This document shows positions 18,600-27,894 of a DNA stretch of 64,000 bases, in pieces. Made by a program: the position numbers and the translations under genes. Positions within the stretch are counted from its first letter, which is position 1. Each line of letters begins with the position of its first letter. This DNA is from an uncultured Chloroflexia bacterium (GTDB lineage: Bacteria; Chloroflexota; Limnocylindria; Limnocylindrales; CSP1-4): NCBI GenBank assembly GCA_963700555.1, contig CAVOXZ010000017.1, forward strand, positions 68,155-132,154, read 5' to 3'. Below the pieces are notes generated by a model, which did no database searches, was not told the DNA's origin, and saw nothing but the letters and a program-made list of their open reading frames with translations.

Positions 18600-19998
18600 G
18601 CCCGCGCGCCTCCCGCCGGAGGGCGCCGCGACCGGAGGTCGGGCGGGCGAGGAACTCCTCCTCGGTCACCCCGTAGAGGCCCGCCCTGCGCGCCCACGGC
18701 TGCGCGACCACGATCCGCATGACGGTCCGGGTCACGGTGATCGCCGTGAACATCGAGACCAGCACGCCGACGATCAGGACGAGGCCGAAGCCCCGGATCG
18801 TGGAGGAGCCGAACAGGAACAGGATCAATGCCGTGATCAGGCTCGACACGTTGGAGTCCAGGATCGAGTTCCAGGCGCGGTTGAACCCGGCCTCGATGGC
18901 CGCCGGCAGGCTCTTGCCCACCCGCAGCTCCTCCTTGGTCCGCTCGAAGATCAGGATGTTGGCGTCGACCGCCATGCCCACCGACAGCACGAAGCCTGCG
19001 ACCCCGGCCAGGGTCAGCGTCACCGGGATGATCCGGAACAGGGCCAGCACGAGCAGCGCGTAGTAGATCAGCGCGCCACTGGCGATCACGCCCGGCAGCC
19101 GGTAGTGCACGACCATGAACACGATGACCATCAGGACCGCGATCGCGCCGGCCAGCAGGCTCTGCTGGAGGAACGCCTCGCCCAGCGTGGGGCTGACCTG
19201 GCTGCGCGACAGGGCCTCGATCGGGAACGGCAGCTGGCCGAACTGGAGGATCGTCACCAGGTTCTGGGCCTCGGCCAGCGGATAGCCGCCGATGCCGCCC
19301 TGGCTGATCTGGACCTGGCCGTTGGGGATCGAGGACTGGATGACCGGGGCGCTGATCACCTCGCCGTCGAGGACGATCGCAAAGAAGTCCTGGATGTGGC
19401 CCGCGGTATAGCTGGCAAAGAGGTCCTTGCCCTCGGCGTTCAGGGTGAAGTCGACCGTGCGCTGGCCGTTCTGGTCGGCACCGATCGATGCCGCCGCGAC
19501 CTGGTTGCCGGAGAACAGCACGCAGTTGATCTGCTCGACATCCGCGCACTTCGTGCCGATCCAGGACGGATCGAGCTGCTGGCCCTGCGTGGCCGGCGCG
19601 ACACCCCCGATGGCCGGGCCAAGCGGCATGAAGTCCAGCCGGCCCGTCGTGCCGATGAGCGACTCGATCTGCTCGAAGTTCTTCACGCCCGGCATCTCGA
19701 CCACGACGCGGTCCGAGCCCTGGACGACGACGGTCGGCTCTGCGACACCGGACTTGTCGACCCGGTTCAGGATGATCTGGCGCATGATGCTGAGGTCGCT
19801 GGGCCCCGGCACCTTGCCCTCGGCCGGGAGCACGATGTACTCGATCCGCAGGCCGCCCGTGAGGTCCAGCCCGAGCTTGGTCTCGAGCTCCCTCGTCTGG
19901 CCGGTCGAGCTCAGGGCCGGGATGGGAAGCGGAAAGACGCTCGCCACGAAGGCAAGCAGGCCCACGACAACAATCAGGATCGGACCGGCGCGACGCAT
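18592..19998 (-). CDS. secD: Protein translocase subunit SecD
   Basis: 468-aa intact ORF with 'LGLDLTGGLRIEYIV' and a C-terminal RND-like TM bundle. It overlaps the secF start. Confidence 0.9.
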   Translation of the reverse strand: MRRAGPILIVVVGLLAFVASVFPLPIPALSSTGQTRELETKLGLDLTGGLRIEYIVLPAEGKVPGPSDLSIMRQIILNRVDKSGVAEPTVVVQGSDRVVVEMPGVKNFEQIESLIGTTGRLDFMPLGPAIGGVAPATQGQQLDPSWIGTKCADVEQINCVLFSGNQVAAASIGADQNGQRTVDFTLNAEGKDLFASYTAGHIQDFFAIVLDGEVISAPVIQSSIPNGQVQISQGGIGGYPLAEAQNLVTILQFGQLPFPIEALSRSQVSPTLGEAFLQQSLLAGAIAVLMVIVFMVVHYRLPGVIASGALIYYALLVLALFRIIPVTLTLAGVAGFVLSVGMAVDANILIFERTKEELRVGKSLPAAIEAGFNRAWNSILDSNVSSLITALILFLFGSSTIRGFGLVLIVGVLVSMFTAITVTRTVMRIVVAQPWARRAGLYGVTEEEFLARPTSGRGALRREARGRV

Positions 19999-20102
19999 CG
20001 GGGCGGGATGATACAGGGAGCGGCCCGGACGTGCGGCGCGGTCCGGCGATGCCGCGAGTCATCCGGCCGACCCGCGGCCCTGCCGAGCCGGGGCGTGGCT
20101 GC

Positions 20103-21961
20103 TCAGGACTCCAGGTGCGCCTTGATCCGCTCCGCCAGCGCGCGCCCGATCCCGGGCACCGCGGCCACCTGCTCGACCGGCGCCTCGCGCACCCGCTTGG
20201 CCGAGCCGAACACCTTGAGCAGCTCCCGCTTGCGCTTGGGGCCCACGCCCGGCAGGTCGTCGAACGCCGACTTCACCGCGCGCTTGTTGCGCAGGTTGCG
20301 GTGGTACGTGATCGCGAACCGGTGCGCCTCGTCGCGCAGCCGCTGGACGAGGTAGAGCGCCTGCGAGGTGGTCGGCAGCATGCACCGGCTCCTCGCGATC
20401 CGGGAGCACCAGCTCCTCGCGCTCCTTGGCCAGGCCCACCATCGGCAGGTCGTGCAGGCCCAGCTCGTCGAGGACCTCCTTGGCGGCGCTGACCTGGCCC
20501 CGGCCGCCGTCGACGATCACGAGGTCCGGCATGGCCCAGCGGCGCTCCTCCTCGACGCCCTCCTCGCCGGGCTTCGCGTACCGGAACCGGCGCCGCAGCA
20601 CCTCCTGGTGGCTGGCGAAGTCGTTGGGCCCCTGGACGCCCTTGACCTGGAACCGGCGGTACTCCCCCGTCCGCGGCCGGCCCTCCTCGAACACGACCAT
20701 GCTGCCCACGGTCTGCGCGCCGCCGAGGTTGCTGATGTCGTAGCACTCGATCCGCATCGGCGGTCCGGGCAGGCCCAGCGCCGCGGCCAGCTCCTCGAGC
20801 GCGCCGAGCGTCCGGCCTTCGTCGGCGAGCCATCGGGCCGCCTCGCGCGCGAGCGACTCCTGGGCGTTGCGCGTGGCCAGCTCCATCAGCTCGCGCTTCT
20901 GGCCGCGGACCGGGGTCCGGAGGCGGACGGCGCTGCCGCGGCGCAGGGCGAGGAAGGCCTCGAGGTCCGGCTGTCTCCGTCACCGAGCGCGGGACCAGCA
21001 CCTCGCGCGGGACGCTGGTCGCCCGCGCGTAGTACTGGAGCAGGAACTGGCCGAGCACCTCGTCGTCGGGCACGACGTGGTGGGCGTCGAGGAAGAACAC
21101 GTCGCGCCCGAGCATCTTGCCGTTGCGCACGACGAACAGCTGGACGGCGGCCTGGTCGTCCTTGCGGGCCAGGGCGACGAGGTCCAGCTCCGTGCGGGCG
21201 AACGCGGCCATCTTCTGGCTCTCCATCGTCCGCTCGATCGCCCGGATCTTGTCCCGGACAACGGCCGCCTTCTCGTACTGCTCGGCTTCGGAGGCGACGT
21301 GCATCTCGTGGCCGAGACCGTCCAGCAGGACCTCGGCGTTGCCCTCGAGGAACAGCTCCACCTGGGCGATGTCGCGCCGGTAGGCCGTCTTGCTGATCGC
21401 CTCGATGCACGGGCCCTGGCAGCGCTTGATGTGGTACAGCAGGCAGGGCCGGGCGAGCGCGCGGACGCCGTCCTTGATCTCGATGGTGCAGGTCCGGAAC
21501 GGGAAGAGGCGCCGGACGAGGTTCATCGCCTCGTCAACGGACGATGCCGACGCGTACGGTCCGAAGTAGCGCGAGCCGTCGCTGGGGAGCTTCCGGGTGC
21601 GCTCGACGCGCGGGAAGTCGTCGCCCAGGGTGACCTTGATGTACGGGTAGCTCTTGTCGTCCTTGAGCCGGACGTTGAACCGCGGCCGGAACCGCTTGAT
21701 GAGGTTGGCCTCGAGGAGCAGCGCCTCGGAGACCGAGTCCACCTCGGTGACCTCGAGGTCGGCGACCCGCTCGATCGCCTCGCGGATCTGGTGGTAGCCG
21801 GAGCGGGCGCTGGGAGCCTGCTTCTGCCAGTAGCTCCGGACCCGGCTGCGAAGGCTCTGGGCCTTGCCCACGTACAGGACCTCGCCGCGCGCGTCCTTCA
21901 TCAGGTACACGCCCGGCCGGTCCGGGAGAGTCGCGAGCGTTGCCTTGAGCTGCGGGGTCAC
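20103..21961 (-). pseudogene. uvrC: Excinuclease ABC subunit C, two frame breaks as assembled
   Basis: The GIY-YIG N-terminus ('GVYLMKDARGEVLYVGKA') is in ORF 20273..21961. The middle ('MRIECYDISNLGG..VIVDGGRGQ') is in ORF 20059..20886. The HhH C-terminus ('LRDEAHRFAI..LPGVGPKRKRELL') is in ORF 20103..20381. Joins are at ~20974 and ~20382. Length = 3n+2. Confidence 0.9.
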
Positions 21962-22038
21962 GGTCCGATTATCGGCGGGAATCGCGAGGCCGGCGCCCGG
22001 GGGGCACCGGCCTCGTTCGCTCGACGGGGGGGCGCCGG

Positions 22039-23734
22039 CTAGGGCGCGAGGATGATCCGGTCCTGCGGCCCGGGGGTGATGCCGCCCGGGTTGGCCTTGA
22101 GATAGTTCTCGAAGGCGTCGGTGTCGACGTTGCCCGCCACGCGGCTGGTGCCGTCGCGGAGGACCGTGTAGTTGTCGCCGCCGTCGGCGAGGAAGCTGTT
22201 GACGGTCACCCGGTACGAGCCGACCGGATCGATCGGCACCCCGTTGAGGGTGAGGTCGCTGACCTTGGAGCCGACCGGCGCGGCGTTGTTCCGGACGTAC
22301 GAGAAACCGCCCGAAACCTGGAGGATGCCGATCCCGCCGTCGAACTGCTTCTCGAGCAGGGCGTCGATCTGTGCGCCGGTGAGGGTCATGGTGACCAGGC
22401 TGTTGCCGAACGGCTGGACGGTGAACGCCTCGCCGTAGGTGACCTCGCCCGGCTGCTCCCCGCCGCTGATCTGGTCGTAGGCCAGGTCAGCGCGGATGCC
22501 GCCCGCGTTCATGAACGCGATCTGCGAGCCGGTGCCGGCCTGCTGCGCATCGTAGTTCTGGGCATCGGCGATCCGGTCGCCCAGGGCCGACTCCCCGGCC
22601 GCGTTGGCCGTCCGGGTGATGCTCGCCGTGATCTTGCCGATGACACGGTTGGCGAGCGGCGCAGAGGCATCCTTGTACTTGGTGATCAGCGCCGTCAGGT
22701 CGGCCGCCTTGTCCACGTCGCGGGTCACGATCCGGTTGTTCACGCTGATGCTGACTGGGTTCTTGGTGGCCCGGCTCAGCACGAGGTCGATGTCCGTGAC
22801 CAGCCGGCCCTGGTGGGCGGCGCCGGTGACGACCTTGCCGTCGATCACGCAGTTGACGGCCCAGTTGGTGTGGCCGGTGATGACCACGTCGATGGCGTCG
22901 CTCATCCGGTCCACGATCGGCGGCAGGTTGCCGCTCAGGGTGCCGCAGGAGTTGATCGTGGTCTCGTTGAGGGGGTTGCTGGTGCTGCCGCCCTCGTGGA
23001 GGAGCACGACGATCGTCTCGACGCCCTGCTCGCGCAGGACCGGCACCAGCGCGTTGACGGTGTCGGCCTCGTCGAAGAAGTCCACGCTGGCGATCCCCGC
23101 CTGGGACACGATCGAGGGGGTGCCCTCGAGGGTCATGCCGACGAACGCCACCTTGACGCCCTTGAACTTCTTGATCGCGTAGGGCGGGAAGATCGTCTTG
23201 CCCTGTGGCCTTGTAGGCGACGTTCGCGGCCAGGAACTGGAAGTCGGCACCCGCGAACGGGTCGCCATCCTGGCAGCCGTCGACCGGGTGGCAGCCGCCG
23301 TTCTGCAGGCGCAGCAGCTCGCCCACGCCCTCGTCGAACTCGTGGTTGCCCACGCCGTTGAAGTCGAGGCCCATCAGGTTGAAGGCCTCGATCGTGGGCT
23401 CGTCGTGGAACAGGGCGGAGACCAGCGGCGTGGCGCCGATCAGGTCTCCCGCCGAGACGAACACGCTGTTGGGGTTGGTCGCTTCGAGGGCGCGCACGTG
23501 CGTCGCGAGGTACTCCGCGCCACCGGCGAGCGTGGTGCCGATCCGGCCGCCTGAGCCGCTGGGCGGCTCGAGGTTGCCGTGGAAGTCGTTGAGCGCGAGG
23601 ATCTGGACCGTGGTCGTCCTGGCCCGCTCCTTGGCGGGCGAGCCATCACCGGGACGAGCGACGGTGACGGGGGCCGTCGTCGCCAGGAGCAGGCCGACGG
23701 CGACGAGGGCGACGAGGCGCGTGCGCTTCTTCAA
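22039..23734 (-). pseudogene. Secreted 5'-nucleotidase / metallophosphoesterase (single module), one frame break as assembled
   Basis: The signal peptide and 'ILALNDFHGNLEP', 'GNHEFDEG' are in ORF 22487..23791. The rest, including the 5'-nucleotidase C-domain, is in ORF 22039..23268. The join is at ~23202. The likely start is TTG 23734 ('KKRTRLVALVAV..') after GGAGA. Confidence 0.8.
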
Positions 23735-23895
23735 TGGGTGCTCTCCAGGTGGCGGACGATGGGCTTCTGACCCTAGCAAACCCACTCCCACCCGTCACCC
23801 CTGAACCGCTCCGACAGGACCAATGGCGTTGCCTGCCCGCACCGGGGCGGTCAGCACCCCGGACCACCCGGTCCGGTACCGCTCCGCGAATTGAC

Positions 23896-23922
23896 GGGCC
23901 CGCCGGCGGTGCCGGCGGGCCC
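23896..23922 (-). terminator. Putative intrinsic terminator after the 1230-aa nucleotidase gene
   Basis: Perfect 12-bp stem GGGCCCGCCGGC / GCCGGCGGGCCC with a 3-nt loop, 45 nt downstream of the stop. The U-tract is weak. Confidence 0.45.
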
Positions 23923-23966
23923 GGAAGAGGCTGGCGTGGGCGGGCCGGTGGCCTCGCCCGCGGGGA

Positions 23967-26900
23967 TCAGTTGAAGACGAGGCGGCCCTCGATCGCCGGC
24001 GAGACCGTCCCCTCGTCCGTGATGTAGTCGATGACCGCGTCACGCACGTAGAGCTGGGTGTCGTGGACGATCTGGGCGAGCGGCCAGAGGCTCACCCCGC
24101 CGTCGTTGAAGTTGCAGGAGCCGGCGGCCAGGTAGTTGACCGTCGAGACGTTGTAGTACGTCGCCGCGTCGCCGAAGTCCACCGGGGTCCCGTTGATGGT
24201 CAGCGAGACCGCGTTGTTGCCGTTGGGCATGCCCGCGGAGGTGCCGTCGTACATGTCGTCGTAGGTGATCTGGCCGACATCGTTGGTGTCGATCATGCAC
24301 GTCGTGTAGCGCGAGTAGCCGCCGTAGCCGGGCACGTACTTGTAGAAGTAGTAGTTGCGATAGGCGCGTTCCAGGACGGCCTTGATCTGGGGCCCGTTCA
24401 TGCGCAGCACGACGAGCGAGTTCTCGTACGGCATCGCCGCGAACATGTCGGACACCTTGAGAGTGACCGGGCTCGCGGGCGTGGCGCCGGCGGCGACGAG
24501 CTTGTTGGTCATCGCGCCGGAGAGATGGACGTCGACGTCCGTGATGCCATTCTTGGCGAGCTCGAATACCGAGGCGTCGGCCTGCAGGTTCGCGCCGTTG
24601 GTCTCCTCCGTGTACGCGTTCATGGTGTCGATCGGGGCCGTCGTCGCACCCACCACCTTGTCGTAGTAGGTCGAGAGCTGGGCGACGTACGGATCCACGA
24701 TGGCCTTGAGCGCGGGATCCTCCGGAGTGGAGCTCGGGACGCTCAGGTACTGGCCGGCGCTGGACACGACGCGGCTCATGGCCTTGTTCGTGATCATCCA
24801 GCGCGCATCGGCGATCAGGGCGCTCGCGGCAGCCTTCGAAATGTGCTTGCCGCCCTGGGCCTTCACCTCGTTGATGAACGCCTTGAGCTGGTTGAGCGCC
24901 GTCGCCGTCCTGCCGGCATCGAAGCTCTTCTCGATCGCCGCCAGCTTCTGGAGCAGCGAGGTCCTGGTGCCCTTGTCGATTGCCTTGGTGGCGGCGAACG
25001 CCTTCACGTCGGCGACGGTCAGCCGCATCTTGGGCAGCACGCCAAGGACCACCTCGCCCAGCGTGTTGTTGTAGCGATAGGCATGGTTCACGATCACCGG
25101 CTCGCCGTCCGGGCCGGCGATGATCGTCGGCAGGAACTTGTAGCCGCCGAAGCCGGTGGCCGGGTTGGTGTGGCTGTGGGCGCCGACGATCGCGTCGATG
25201 CCGCCGACCTGGGCGGCGAGGTTGGTGTCGACGTTGCTGTCGATCTCGACGCTGCCAGGGTTCTCGGTGAACCCGACGTGGGTCAACGCGACGATCACCT
25301 CGCTGGTCGAATTGACGGCCTCCACCTCGTCGGCGGCCGCCTGGATCGGGTCGGAGAACGAGAGTCCGAGGATGTTGCTGGGCAGCTCGTAGTTCGGCAC
25401 CCGGTGGTTCGTGATCCCGATGACCGCGACCCGGATCCCGTCGAGGTCCAGCGTGATGGACGGCTGGACGCCCCGGCCGCCGTCGACGGCAGCAAGCCCG
25501 TAGGCACCGGTGTCGGAGACGTTCGCGCCCAGGACCGGGAAGTCGGCCTGGCCGAGCACGCCCTTGAACACGTCGCTGCCGAAGTTGAACTCGTGGTTGC
25601 CGAGCGTCATCGCGTCGTAACCAAGCGCGTTCATGACGGCCATCATCGGGTTCGTCTTCAGGGAGCCGGGCAGCGGCGTCCCGTCGCTGGCGAACCCCGA
25701 GTACGACGTCTTGAAGTAGTACATCATCGCGTCGCCCTGGATCTGGTCGCCGCCGTTGAGCAGGATCGTCCGGTCCGGGTTGTGCAGCCGCTCCTGGTCG
25801 ACCAGGGAGGCCAGCTGCGTGTAGCCGACGTATGTCCCCTTGGCGAGGTTGCCGTGGGAGTCGTTGTTGTGGAGGATCGTGATCGGGACGATCGAACCGC
25901 TGTCCGGCTCGGAGGTCCCGTCGCGGGTGATCCGTCCGTCCAGCTGGCCGTCCCCGTTGGGGCCCTTGTAGGCCGTGGCCGGCGAGCCGTGGTTCTCGGC
26001 AACGTAGCTGTTGACGGCGTTGAGCATGTCGCCCCAGTACGTGACGTTGGTCATGTACTTGAAGGCGGCGTAGTTGTCGCCACCGGCGGGGGCGAGGAAC
26101 TCGTTGGTTCCGACTCGGTACGTCTTCGCCAGGTCGAGCGGTTCGCACGTGTCCGTGGTCTTGTTGACCACGCACGCGTCGAACGCGCCCCACGCATACG
26201 GCTGCGGCCCAGGGTTGGTGTCCGTGTAGGCATAGAAGGAGTAGCGCATCCCGGCAGGCTGGATGGCGCCCTTGCCCAGGGTCGCGCTCTGGTTCAGGAC
26301 CTGCAGGATCTGGGCGCCGGTCATGTCACCCACGACGGTGGCGTTCCCGAATGGCAGGATCGTGAACATGTGGCCATAGTTGAGCAGCATCGGGTCATGT
26401 GACCAGATCCCCGGCTCACAGTCCGCGGCGGCGCTGCTCCAGATGTACTGGCCCGGGTTCGCGGGATCCGGGGCGTCGCACCAGTCGGTGCGGATCCCCC
26501 CGCTGTTGTTGAGGAACAGGTCGACGTCGTTGTCGGCCATCGTGTCGCCGTTGAGGGCGCCGTAGATGGCGTCGTCGACGAAGTCGGCCATCATCGAGTT
26601 GCCGCTGTAGTTGCGGAGCAGGTCCGTCTGGGCGTAGCCGACCGGGGTGTTGATCAGGGCCTGGTAGTCCGGATCTGACGCGTACGACGCGACGACGGCC
26701 GCGAGCGCGGGATCCTGGGCACCGGTGGTCGAGACCGGCAGGCTCTGCCAGGCAACGCTCACGGCACCGTTGGTGATGGTGAAGTCCGCCCGGCCGACGC
26801 GCCGGCCGCTGTAGTGGGCCTGGACCACGGGCGTCGAGCCGACCATGGTGGCCGAGGACAGGTTGGTGTGGCTGTGGCCACCGATGACCAGGTTGGCCGG

Positions 26901-27656
26901 CTTGCCGGCGTCGTTGAGCTTCTTGGCCAGCGTCTGGTCGCCATAGACCGGGATCCCGTAGCCGTAGCCGCCGTCGGGATAGCCGAGGTGGCTGAGGACC
27001 ACGATCACGTCGGCCCCGTCGGCCTTCATCTCGTCGTAGTAGTGGAGGATCGAGTCGGCCGGATCCTTGAAGCACAGGCCGGCCGTCGCGGCGGCGATCG
27101 TGATCGTCGGCGTCTCCAGTGTCGTCACGCCGACGAACGCGACGTCGACCCCGGCGACTGGCACGATCTCGTAGGGCGCCGCCGCGAAGTCGGGCGGCGT
27201 CCAGCCGGCCGTGGAGCACGATCCGGTGTCGTTCTTGACGATGTTCGCGGTCACGTACGGGTAGGCGGCCTGCGCCGCCCGGTCAGCCAGGACGCCCTGG
27301 CCCCAGTCGAACTCGTGGTTGCCGAACGTGGCGGCCGCATAGCTCATCGCGTTGAACGCCGCGATCGTGGGTGCACCCTGGCCAAGGTTCGAGAGCAGGC
27401 TCCCCTGCATCTCGTCGCCCGCGTCGACCAGCAGCACGTTCGCGCTGCCGACGGCGGTCCGGACGTCGTTGACCACCGTGGCGACCCGGGCGATGCCCGG
27501 GTTGCTCCCCGCTGGCTCCACCTGGCCGTGGAAATCGTTCGTATGCAGGATCGTGAACGTGACCGGCGGGTCCGCCCCGACTGTCGCCGGGGCCGCCATG
27601 GCTCCAGACAACAGGGCGACGACGACCGCGGTCAGGAGCAGACGAGAGCGCCTCAC
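23967..27656 (-). CDS. Secreted two-module metallophosphoesterase / 5'-nucleotidase (YfkN-like 2',3'-cyclic-nucleotide phosphodiesterase / 3'- and 5'-nucleotidase)
   Basis: Intact ORF 23967..27674. GTG 27656 follows GGAGG. Signal peptide 'RRSRLLLTAVVVALLSGAMA'. There are two copies of the calcineurin-like motifs ('ILHTNDFHG..GNHEFDWG' and 'ILHNNDSHG..GNHEFNFG'), each followed by a 5'-nucleotidase C-domain. Confidence 0.8.
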   Translation of the reverse strand: MRRSRLLLTAVVVALLSGAMAAPATVGADPPVTFTILHTNDFHGQVEPAGSNPGIARVATVVNDVRTAVGSANVLLVDAGDEMQGSLLSNLGQGAPTIAAFNAMSYAAATFGNHEFDWGQGVLADRAAQAAYPYVTANIVKNDTGSCSTAGWTPPDFAAAPYEIVPVAGVDVAFVGVTTLETPTITIAAATAGLCFKDPADSILHYYDEMKADGADVIVVLSHLGYPDGGYGYGIPVYGDQTLAKKLNDAGKPANLVIGGHSHTNLSSATMVGSTPVVQAHYSGRRVGRADFTITNGAVSVAWQSLPVSTTGAQDPALAAVVASYASDPDYQALINTPVGYAQTDLLRNYSGNSMMADFVDDAIYGALNGDTMADNDVDLFLNNSGGIRTDWCDAPDPANPGQYIWSSAAADCEPGIWSHDPMLLNYGHMFTILPFGNATVVGDMTGAQILQVLNQSATLGKGAIQPAGMRYSFYAYTDTNPGPQPYAWGAFDACVVNKTTDTCEPLDLAKTYRVGTNEFLAPAGGDNYAAFKYMTNVTYWGDMLNAVNSYVAENHGSPATAYKGPNGDGQLDGRITRDGTSEPDSGSIVPITILHNNDSHGNLAKGTYVGYTQLASLVDQERLHNPDRTILLNGGDQIQGDAMMYYFKTSYSGFASDGTPLPGSLKTNPMMAVMNALGYDAMTLGNHEFNFGSDVFKGVLGQADFPVLGANVSDTGAYGLAAVDGGRGVQPSITLDLDGIRVAVIGITNHRVPNYELPSNILGLSFSDPIQAAADEVEAVNSTSEVIVALTHVGFTENPGSVEIDSNVDTNLAAQVGGIDAIVGAHSHTNPATGFGGYKFLPTIIAGPDGEPVIVNHAYRYNNTLGEVVLGVLPKMRLTVADVKAFAATKAIDKGTRTSLLQKLAAIEKSFDAGRTATALNQLKAFINEVKAQGGKHISKAAASALIADARWMITNKAMSRVVSSAGQYLSVPSSTPEDPALKAIVDPYVAQLSTYYDKVVGATTAPIDTMNAYTEETNGANLQADASVFELAKNGITDVDVHLSGAMTNKLVAAGATPASPVTLKVSDMFAAMPYENSLVVLRMNGPQIKAVLERAYRNYYFYKYVPGYGGYSRYTTCMIDTNDVGQITYDDMYDGTSAGMPNGNNAVSLTINGTPVDFGDAATYYNVSTVNYLAAGSCNFNDGGVSLWPLAQIVHDTQLYVRDAVIDYITDEGTVSPAIEGRLVFN

Positions 27657-27894
27657 GGGGCACCTCCGAGGCAAGGGTGCGCGCAGGACGCGGCCGACCT
27701 CTCCCTCTGAGCCCGGGCTGTTGCCAGACCCTAGGCCCGCTCGCCGCCGGCGACCACGGCCATTCGGCGGTCAGGTTCGGTCCGAGTGGGCCGGGTTGGG
27801 TGACGAACGGTGCACGGATGCACCGGATCTGCCACGGCAGGGACGGCCGTCAGCGGATAAGCGCGGGGTGAGCCGCCCTCGCCATGCTGTCGGG

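Noticed and set aside
27809-27824. Inverted repeat GGTGCA-CGGA-TGCACC in the nucleotidase/helicase divergent region as an operator
   Set aside because: The arms are only 6 bp, and an inverted repeat of that size is expected by chance in a 220-nt GC-rich spacer. I found no second copy.
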